A DNA stretch of 48,252 nt, filler included, from Stramenopiles sp. TOSAG23-2 (taxonomy: Eukaryota): NCBI GenBank assembly GCA_900128395.1. It is 2 parts of 2 records of this genome, joined end to end, with 100 filler letters (N's around TTAATTAATTAA, not from the genome) between each part and the next. Parts side by side here need not be neighbours in the genome. Positions count along the whole stretch, not along the records: positions 24,203 to 48,252 come from LT649471.1; 1 more part is not named here. One strand, given 5' to 3'. The notes below the pieces were generated by a model. It searched no databases. It was not told the DNA's origin and worked only from the letters and a program-made list of their open reading frames with translations. Shown here piece by piece: positions 30,851 through 39,685 of this stretch; the stretch's first letter is position 1, and each line of letters starts with the position of its first letter. A program made the position numbers and the translations under genes.

Positions 30851-32437
30851 TTGAATTGTTATAATTATGAAGAATTCAACAACAACGTATTGGTACCGAT
30901 GACGCAGGATGAGTACGGGCAGTTGAGTCGGATGTTTGGGGCACCGTTTCGGTCCGTAGATGCCAGTGTAAGTGGTTACATGGTGAATATGCACATGGAG
31001 CAAGCCAGGCTTGTGCATAATGTAGCAGAATCGTCGTTTGAGTGGAACTTTTTTTATGCGATGGTTCATCATTGGTTTGGGTTAAGTCATCCTGTGGGAA
31101 AAGAGCGGTATACGTATGGATTCATGCGTCTAGTGCATCGAGGCGTGAAAAATTTTGTTACCCGTGAGTATAAGAGAGGATACGATTGCGGTTTTCATGG
31201 AAGAGGTTGTGCGATTAAAGGTGTGGGGACAGTAGGATTTGACGTCGATGAAGGGAACTGGTGTAATTGGTTCTGTTGCAAGGCGTTAAAATTTCTGGCC
31301 CGGAAAGATGGTCAAACGTTGTTTCAAAAGTTTGGTCGATTCATAGAAGGTAAGCAGCTGACCCGGAAGGACGCTTATTTGCAGATATTACCAAAATACG
31401 AAGGCGGCCAAGTAGTGGCGGGGCCTTGGTTAACAGGAAAAGAAAGCGGGTCTGGATTTGATGAAAATGTGGATAAATTGCGAGTAATGTTCGCCGAACA
31501 TCCGCGGTTCCCGAAGGTATGGAATGCAAGGCAAAATGTGTTGTTTGAAAGGATGAAGAGGGATTTGACGTCGGTCGGCGTATACCTTGTTGTTGCGACG
31601 GACATGAAGGTGGAAGTATGGTCATGGCCAGTGTATTGGAATGCGGAGAAAAAAAGTGGCGAACCACAGGCGAAAAAACAGAAATCAGAATCAGGAACGA
31701 TTGGAACGATTGAAGTGAGGAAATGCATGTGTTACTCGTTCAATTCATGGGTAGATTTGTGGGCGGAGGTGAAAGAAGGCTTGTGCCTTAACATCCGGAA
31801 GAAACATTTCTTACGTGGAAACAACGTAGAGGTGGTGCAATTAACAACGAATAATGTGGGCAATGTGGTTGCTATGAGTGAAACCGTTGTAGGTCATGAG
31901 ACACGGGGACATAGTTATGTGTTGCAAATCGTCAATCGGGATTTGGACAATGCTATGGAAAGGAAAGTGGAGGGATATATTGACGCTGAAACCATGGCGA
32001 ATTTGTATGGGGGCGAAGCATGCGAATGTGAACAGGCTGTGGAGCGATGTGCCTGTGTCTTGAAATGGGAGGCTAAGCGAGAAAAGTTACTCGCACCGGC
32101 GCGCCGGCGATCGCAGTTGAGAAGAGAGGAGAACAAAAAGAAGAAAAAGGCGGGTAAAAAGACGGAGAACACCAGCAACGTTCCCGGTGATAGAAATGCC
32201 GAAGGTGCAAAGTTCAATGCAGGAGAGGGTGAAACATCGGGTGATATAAATGCCGACAGTGCGGATGAAAAGTCCAATGCAGTAGAGGGTAAAACATCGC
32301 TTGTTACGTCTGATCGTGAATATGCATCCAGTGAGTCTGGTAATTTCGATTTCATGCTTGCGAATGATGAAGCAGTGTTGGGATCGGATGACAATGAAAC
32401 GCTGGAAATGTCGCTAAAAGGGAGTGACAGTGAGTAA
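30851..32437 (+). CDS. Orphan protein (~510-528 aa) with Cys/His clusters, basic NLS-like tract and acidic tail
   Basis: Long ORF with visibly higher GC and different codon use (GCG, CGG, ACG). The start is uncertain: TTG at 30851, first ATG at 30899, or a possible short upstream exon from 30786. Confidence 0.8.
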   Translation: MNCYNYEEFNNNVLVPMTQDEYGQLSRMFGAPFRSVDASVSGYMVNMHMEQARLVHNVAESSFEWNFFYAMVHHWFGLSHPVGKERYTYGFMRLVHRGVKNFVTREYKRGYDCGFHGRGCAIKGVGTVGFDVDEGNWCNWFCCKALKFLARKDGQTLFQKFGRFIEGKQLTRKDAYLQILPKYEGGQVVAGPWLTGKESGSGFDENVDKLRVMFAEHPRFPKVWNARQNVLFERMKRDLTSVGVYLVVATDMKVEVWSWPVYWNAEKKSGEPQAKKQKSESGTIGTIEVRKCMCYSFNSWVDLWAEVKEGLCLNIRKKHFLRGNNVEVVQLTTNNVGNVVAMSETVVGHETRGHSYVLQIVNRDLDNAMERKVEGYIDAETMANLYGGEACECEQAVERCACVLKWEAKREKLLAPARRRSQLRREENKKKKKAGKKTENTSNVPGDRNAEGAKFNAGEGETSGDINADSADEKSNAVEGKTSLVTSDREYASSESGNFDFMLANDEAVLGSDDNETLEMSLKGSDSE

Positions 32438-32693
32438 AATATACGTAATATACAGATAGAGAATTCAAATATTAATATAAAACCATAAGACTTTCAGGAG
32501 AAGCTTCTCGTGCATCATATCTTAAAACGTGCAACAAATAATGTTGTCATAGGATTTGCAGTTATAGTATCCATATTTTTAACATTTAATTTCATTTGTT
32601 GTTCTTTTTTCCTCAGTTTCATTTGTTAATTGTTTATCGTGCTCTGCTATTTTTTCATATATTTCATATACGTACGCTTTACTTTACGTGCGC

Positions 32694-33926
32694 CTATCCC
32701 CTTGTCCCTCCAGCCTTTTTTATTGTTTTAAAAAGTATTTGCTGGATCGGGCTAGTGTTATAATATGCCAAGTCCAGGGGTGTGCGGCCCCACTTGTCTT
32801 TCTTATTAATGCTATCCACAGACATATGAGCTAATAACAACTCAATCAACTCAGTAGTCGTTTTTTTATTTTGTGCAGCTATATGCAAAGGGGTGAATCC
32901 AGCAACACCGGTTGTATTAGGATCAGCTTCACATTGTTCAATCAAATATTGAAGTATAGGAAAATGTTGTTTCAGTGCAGCTGCCATTAAAGGCGTACAT
33001 TCGTATTTACCACAGACAGATGTACCTAGTTGACTTTCGTATTGTGTTATATTTGCATCTGCAATCAATAATTTTACATCGTCCAAACGGCCAAGTTGAC
33101 ATGCACATACTAATGGCGTACCACGTGGACATTCTGCATAATATTTCTTTTCTAAGGTAGATGCATCCGGATACATGATTTCGACTATGTATTTTGCTAA
33201 GTTGAAATGTTTATTCTTTACAGCTATTTGCAAAGGTTTTCCTATTTTACCAAAACTATCGTAACCGGATCGACTGACAGTGGTCTTTGCACCATTGTAG
33301 TTTGCAACCAATAGTTTCACATCCTCAAGACGTCCGTATTCACATGCACATACTATTGGCGTACCCAGTGGAAATTCCTTTTTGTAATTTCGCACTAACT
33401 CTGTTTCATCAGCATATGCAATATCTACCAAATAGTGAAGTATCTGTTGATGTTTGCTCTCTGCAGCCGCCATTAAAATCCCACCAGGTCGATTTACGTA
33501 TTCTTTCAATGTCATCCCATCCCCAAGCCATGTAGTGGCTGGGCGTTGCCTAACGGGAGGTAGAGGACCGGCGGAATTTGTTGAAAGTTTTGATAAACTG
33601 CGAGTAATGTTCGATAAAACAATGCAATAATATGATTTATATATTGTTGCTGTGGTAAGAAATCGTTTAGTGGTGCAGGCAAACATATTCACTAACGAAC
33701 GAACATCATTACGAAGATATGGTATGATTGTTTTGACGCAGATATCATCAATACCAGGCAAGGTTGAAAAATCATAAGTGGATTGTGGGTGTCCAGTATG
33801 TAATTTCGTTATCTCAAATTTTGCCATGGCGGCCAGGCGTTGCAATGCATTGCGCTTGGACTCCTTATCTTTACCAGCAGTAGATAAAACGTCATTCATT
33901 CTTTCCATAAATTCAGTATTATTCAT
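32694..33926 (-). CDS. F-box-like domain + ankyrin-repeat protein
   Basis: Ankyrin motifs GTPIVCACEYGRLEDVKLLV, GTPLVCACQLGRLDDVKLLI, TPLMAAA, GFTPLHIAA, GRTPLDLA. N-terminal FSTLPGIDDIC...IPYLRND...VNMFACTTKRFL. Confidence 0.9.
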   Translation of the reverse strand: MNNTEFMERMNDVLSTAGKDKESKRNALQRLAAMAKFEITKLHTGHPQSTYDFSTLPGIDDICVKTIIPYLRNDVRSLVNMFACTTKRFLTTATIYKSYYCIVLSNITRSLSKLSTNSAGPLPPVRQRPATTWLGDGMTLKEYVNRPGGILMAAAESKHQQILHYLVDIAYADETELVRNYKKEFPLGTPIVCACEYGRLEDVKLLVANYNGAKTTVSRSGYDSFGKIGKPLQIAVKNKHFNLAKYIVEIMYPDASTLEKKYYAECPRGTPLVCACQLGRLDDVKLLIADANITQYESQLGTSVCGKYECTPLMAAALKQHFPILQYLIEQCEADPNTTGVAGFTPLHIAAQNKKTTTELIELLLAHMSVDSINKKDKWGRTPLDLAYYNTSPIQQILFKTIKKAGGTRG

Positions 33927-33985
33927 TTTTATTATTAATTATATATGTTATACATTAATTTTTTTGCCTTTTTAATATTTTGATT

Positions 33986-34200
33986 GTATATATACGACGC
34001 ACGTATGTATGTTCTATTTGATATATCTAAAATGATAATACTAATTGTGTGATATGATGTAACACGTATTTTTGAATATATCTAGTAGTAAGCGTTCTGG
34101 CTTGTTACTATTTTGATCGTATATATACGACGCATGTATCTATGTTTTATTTGGTATATGTGAAATGATAATAATAATATTGTATAATATGATTCAATAT
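33986..34200. repeat. Diverged ~80-bp direct repeat upstream of the ankyrin gene
   Basis: GTATATATACGACGCA.GTAT.TATGTT.TATTTG.TATAT.T.AAATGATAATA at about 33986 and 34119. Confidence 0.8.
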
Positions 34201-36200
34201 GTTACGTATAATAACAAAAACAATATATAACTTGATATCGTGGTTTTGTTATATTATATGTAGCCGGTGGTGTTGGTGGTAAAGTTTGTGATTGTCGCAT
34301 TGTACTATAATACATATGTGTAATATATTGTAGTATTATTTATTATATTATTATTTTTTATTTATTATATTTATTTATTATTATTGCTATTATTATAGGT
34401 CTAATAGTACCAGCCAGGCCAGAGGTATTGTTGTTACTAGTATTGAAATTAGTATTATTTGTTTTTTTGTTTGTTGGCTATTATTAGTGAAATTAGTATG
34501 CCTGGTATGCTGGTATGAGACGAGGACTTTGCTCTAGAAGGAGTCGTCTGGAAATCGGACGCATCGATTAAAGTAGCTACAATACTGTATGTTGTACCTA
34601 GGTCAATAGGCAGGAGGTGTCTACCTTTTTTTTTTAAGTGACTTATTTTGAGTGGTAACAGAATTATGGGTTGTTTTCCTACTTGAATACAACGGAATAC
34701 AAAATATATAGGGAAGAAATTGGAAATTGTACAATCTGTAATATAACAGGCATCAAAAAGAAATTATTTTATGCATATGGACCAAAAACATAACCATTAT
34801 AAATGTTGCCTTAAGTGCGGGAACAGAGTTTATAAAATCATAAAATATATTTAACCTTAATTACGGGACGATCCACCATCCACAATCTAAATCTAAATTT
34901 AAATCTAAATCCATGGATATTTTAAGAAGTCAGGTGCATATAGGTAAAATGGCAACATTTGGAGTACGCCGTATATTATACTAACGTGATGTGTATCGGA
35001 TTTCGTACAAAACCTCTCTGTTAGCCATGTAATGTCATAAGTATGACAAATTGGAGGCTGTATACTTGTTTTTAGGTGGTGTTTTGATTGTACATGTATG
35101 TGTGTATGCACGATAGTAAGGTATGGGACTGGCAGGTAATGTAAGTGGAACAGGAGTATATAAGTTGTACGTTATTTAATATATTCATAATTATTACGTC
35201 TTCTGACAAAGGTTCAATGTGCATTGTATCGAACGATTGTTTGGCAGGTTTCTATACTTCTTACAATACCGTCACTGTCCAATGTACATGGTATAAAACT
35301 CCTCTTTGCAGTTTTGTTGCAAATCCAATTGTGACGACTAAACTTGTCTTTCATAATTCACGAAACGGCCTACGATGCTATGTATATGGTACAACAGTCG
35401 GCTTTTTATTTTAGTCCCAATACCAATTTTGCAACTAAAATTGCCGATAAGAAAATTACGCCACCTTTTTGCAAAAAAAAATGGCCACCTTTTTGATAAA
35501 AAAAAGGGACAATCGTTTACGCCTACACAGGTACTCAGTGAGGCAAAACCCTACTTAACAACATTTTGATAGGAAAAAAGACTAGTAAGTAAAGTTCATT
35601 AATCTTTACCTACCCTTTGATGTGTACACAGTTCCCCTTATAATAAAATAGACAATTATACGATAAAACAGTATACAATTTTCGTATTCTTATGACATAA
35701 TTCGTTTTTTATCCCAATACCTTATTTTAACATATATTTTTTTATTTCCTTTACTAACTTCTTTTATTAAAACCCCTACACATCAGGGCAGGGAATTATT
35801 ATATATATTATAACAGGTGCACAGCAGGCGGCCCAAAACCAACAGGAAGAGATTTTAATTGCATTTTTTACATTTTCTTCGATGAGCCTTTTTTTTGCGA
35901 ATAACATTTTAATTTGTTTCTAATGATATTCCCATATTAAATATGTAGAAATCTGCCTCAGCAAATCTAAATCAATTTCCACCACGTAAAATTGTGTGTG
36001 CGAATATATATATTGCACTATTGGATACATCGAATAAAAATAGAAAGTATAATAGAGGACGATGAATCATTGTATGAAAGGAACAATTTCATATTCCGCT
36101 TTATATAATCTATCTGATTTATTTAAATACCACTTCGACCCCCCGCGCATTCAACATATTATTTGTATACAAATTAAAATAACAACAAATAAGAATAAAG

Positions 36201-39200
36201 ATGGATGCATTGTTTGATGTATTTAATACGGATGTGATAGAGGAGGATGATCAAAAAAAGAATGATAATGTTAAAATACTTGAAAATGATGATAATAATA
36301 ATAATAATATTACTGGTAAGAAACGAGATAATAATAACAACAACAAGAATAACGATGATGAAAATTCAACAATTGTAATGTCAAAAAAACAAAAAGTAAA
36401 TAATGATGATGATGAAGACAGTAATAAGAATGAAACATCTGCACTTAATGCTGATTCACCACGTCCAATGCCGACTATTGTTACTTTAACTAATAATGAT
36501 GAAGCACCAAGACCTGATAAAAAAACTTGTCGACATGAAGTTGCATTACCAGTTTCTTATACGGTCGACCAAGTAAAAGGACGACCAGATCCTAAAGCAA
36601 AACGTGCTAAGGAATACCCATTCGTACTAGACCCGTTTCAATCAAAAGCTGTTGATGCATTAGAGCGTGGACAATCCGTTCTAGTATCTGCACACACTAG
36701 TGCTGGTAAAACAGTAGTTGCTGAATATGCCATAGCAATATCTTTACGAGATAAACAACGTGTTATTTATACATCTCCTATTAAAGCATTAAGTAATCAG
36801 AAATATCGTGATTTAGCAGATGAGTTTGAAGATGTTGGTTTAATGACTGGAGATACGACTATTAATCCAAATGCAAGTTGCTTAGTGATGACAACTGAAA
36901 TTTTACGAAGCATGATATATCGTGGATCAGAAGTTGTTCGAGAAGTTGCATGGGTTATCTACGATGAGGTACATTATATGCGTGATAAAGAACGTGGTGT
37001 TGTCTGGGAGGAAAGTATAGTTTTATTACCAGATAAAGTACGTTTTGTCTTTCTTTCTGCCACTATACCAAATGCCAGAGAATTCGCACAATGGGTTAGT
37101 AAAGTTCATCAACATCCATGTCATGTTGTTTATACGGATTATAGACCAACTCCATTGCAACACTACATGTTCCCATTAGGTGGTGAAGGAGTATTTTTAG
37201 TTGTAGATGAAAAAGGTCAATTTCGTGATGATAATTTTTCGAAAGCAATGCATGCATTAGGTGGTAGCGAGGAAGAAGATATTGAACGTAAATTAGGATT
37301 GCATGGTGGAAATGCAAAGGGTAATAATAAGAAGAGTAAAAAAGATGGTAAAAAAGGAAAAGGCAATGTAGCTGCAGATTTAGTACGTATTGTTGAAATG
37401 GTCATGAAAAGAAATTATGATCCAGTTATTTGTTTTAGTTTTAGCAAACGAGATTGTGAAGCATATGCCAATTCCTTAATGCGTAAAAATTTTGATTTCA
37501 ACGATTCAGAAACAAAAGGTGCAATTACACAAATATTTAAAGCTGCCGTTGAAAATTTATCAGAGGAAGATCAAAAATTGCCACAAGTGGAAAAAATGTT
37601 ACCATTATTAAAGCGCGGTATCGGTATACACCATGGTGGACTGGTACCATTAATCAAAGAAGTTGTTGAATTGTTATTTCAAGAACGTTTGTTGAAATGT
37701 CTATTTGCGACTGAAACATTTGCCATGGGAATTAATATGCCTTCGAAAACTGTTTTATTTAGTAATACTAGAAAATGGGATGGAAAAGAATTTCGCTTCA
37801 TACGTCCTGGGGAGTATATACAAATGTCTGGCCGTGCTGGAAGGCGTGGTATTGATGATCGCGGTATTGTTATACAAATGCTTGATGAAAAGTTAGAACC
37901 AGAGGATGCTAAAAACATATTGCAAGGTGGTGCAGATCCATTAGAAAGTTCATTTCATTTAGGTTACAATATGTTGTTAAATATGTTGCGAGTTGAGGAG
38001 ATCGACATCGAATTTTTAGTTAAAATGTCGTTGAAGCAACATCAAAATGAAATCAGACGCCCTGGATTAGAGGATGAGTTGAAACAACTAGTTATAAAAC
38101 GAGATGAAATCAATATAGATCTTGAAACTATTGTTGGTACATACTTTACTATCCAACAACGTTACAAAGAACATTGTGAAAAAATCGCTAGTATAATTTC
38201 ACATCCAAAATATTGCGTACCATTTTTACAACCTGGACGTTTGGTTTACATTCGTAGCAACAACAGCCAAATTAAGGAGGGATGGGCTGTTTTAATACGA
38301 CATAAACATGTGCAAACATCAACAATTAATAGTGCACGTGATGAACGAGAACGACATTTAATAGAAGTTGTACAGAGAATCAGTATTATAAAATCCAAAC
38401 ATGAGGATAATAATGATGGCGATGATGATGATAATAATAATAATAATAATAATGTCAACAAATCTGATGGAAAAGTTAAATTTTTTGAAGTTAATTTATC
38501 AAACTTACGCCAAATTAGCACTTTACGTTTGTATGTAGGTAATAATTATAAGAAAGAACAAAGTCGTGTAGCATTGTGGGAGACCGTTGATGAAGTCTTT
38601 CGTCGTTTCGAGAAAAGCAATTTAGAATATAATTTACCATTGTTGAATGCAATTGAAGATATGAAAATACCAGATAGTCAAGGTGAATTCAATACAATAT
38701 TGAAAAGTAAACGGGCAGATAGTAAATTGTTACGGGAACATGTATTACACGATCGTGAGGATAAAGATGCACTTTTGAAAAAATATGAAAAAAAATATAC
38801 AATTATAAAAAAAATTAAATCGCAAGAAGATGACATTAAAGGCACACATAGTATTGAAGAAATGCAGGAAAAAATAAAATGTATGAAAACTGTGTTACGA
38901 ACATTAGGTTTAATCGATAAAACGAAAGATGTTGTACAATTAAAAGGACGCGTAGCAAGTGCTATTAGTACGAGTTGCAATGAATTGTTGGTTACTGAAT
39001 TAATTTTTACCAATGTTTTCAAAGGTATGAATGCTGGACAAATTGCAGCTTTATTATCATGTTTTATATACGAAGAGAAATCAAATCTAGAAAAACAGGA
39101 GGAACATATACGTAAAGAATTGGAGCAACCATTTCGTTTATTAAAAGATAGCGCAAAACGTGTTGCAGATGCAATGAACGAAGCCAATGCATTGGAAGAT

Positions 39201-39476
39201 ATGACTGTTCAGGAGTTTGTTGATCAGTACAATCCAGGATTAATGGAAATTGTATATGAATGGGTAAATGGGAAAAAGTTTTATGAGATATGTAAACTCG
39301 ATCGTAAAATATACGAAGGTACAATTATTCGTTGCATGCGCCGTTTGGAAGAATTAATTAATGAATTACAAAAAGCAACTGCAGTTGTTGGTGATGATGT
39401 TTTGAAAGAAAAATTTGAACAATGCAGTAGCAAAATTAAACGTGATATTATATTTGCTGCAAGTTTGTATTTGTAA
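36201..39476 (+). CDS. MTR4: Ski2-like exosome RNA helicase MTR4 (DOB1/SKIV2L2)
   Basis: AHTSAGKT, SPIKALSNQKYR, DEVH, LSAT, QMSGRAGRRG, an arch insertion and C-terminal IKRDIIFAASLYL. Confidence 0.95.
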   Translation: MDALFDVFNTDVIEEDDQKKNDNVKILENDDNNNNNITGKKRDNNNNNKNNDDENSTIVMSKKQKVNNDDDEDSNKNETSALNADSPRPMPTIVTLTNNDEAPRPDKKTCRHEVALPVSYTVDQVKGRPDPKAKRAKEYPFVLDPFQSKAVDALERGQSVLVSAHTSAGKTVVAEYAIAISLRDKQRVIYTSPIKALSNQKYRDLADEFEDVGLMTGDTTINPNASCLVMTTEILRSMIYRGSEVVREVAWVIYDEVHYMRDKERGVVWEESIVLLPDKVRFVFLSATIPNAREFAQWVSKVHQHPCHVVYTDYRPTPLQHYMFPLGGEGVFLVVDEKGQFRDDNFSKAMHALGGSEEEDIERKLGLHGGNAKGNNKKSKKDGKKGKGNVAADLVRIVEMVMKRNYDPVICFSFSKRDCEAYANSLMRKNFDFNDSETKGAITQIFKAAVENLSEEDQKLPQVEKMLPLLKRGIGIHHGGLVPLIKEVVELLFQERLLKCLFATETFAMGINMPSKTVLFSNTRKWDGKEFRFIRPGEYIQMSGRAGRRGIDDRGIVIQMLDEKLEPEDAKNILQGGADPLESSFHLGYNMLLNMLRVEEIDIEFLVKMSLKQHQNEIRRPGLEDELKQLVIKRDEINIDLETIVGTYFTIQQRYKEHCEKIASIISHPKYCVPFLQPGRLVYIRSNNSQIKEGWAVLIRHKHVQTSTINSARDERERHLIEVVQRISIIKSKHEDNNDGDDDDNNNNNNNVNKSDGKVKFFEVNLSNLRQISTLRLYVGNNYKKEQSRVALWETVDEVFRRFEKSNLEYNLPLLNAIEDMKIPDSQGEFNTILKSKRADSKLLREHVLHDREDKDALLKKYEKKYTIIKKIKSQEDDIKGTHSIEEMQEKIKCMKTVLRTLGLIDKTKDVVQLKGRVASAISTSCNELLVTELIFTNVFKGMNAGQIAALLSCFIYEEKSNLEKQEEHIRKELEQPFRLLKDSAKRVADAMNEANALEDMTVQEFVDQYNPGLMEIVYEWVNGKKFYEICKLDRKIYEGTIIRCMRRLEELINELQKATAVVGDDVLKEKFEQCSSKIKRDIIFAASLYL

Positions 39477-39685
39477 AAAGTACGTATTAATACGAGAAGT
39501 GTAGAGAAAGAGTAAAAAAATTAAGGGTTGTGTGTAGACGACTGCTGTATAGTAATTTGTGTATTATGGATGATTGTAAATGCTTTTTTATTTTTTTTTA
39601 CGAAATAAATAAAATAATATATTTTTTACGTTTTCCTACATGTAAATATTATAGGGTGTACAACACACTTTTCTATCTCAATTTT

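Noticed and set aside
28000-35800. Calling the island a defined provirus, Polinton or Helitron
   Set aside because: No capsid, integrase, polymerase, Rep/helicase or transposase motif, and no terminal repeats were identified.
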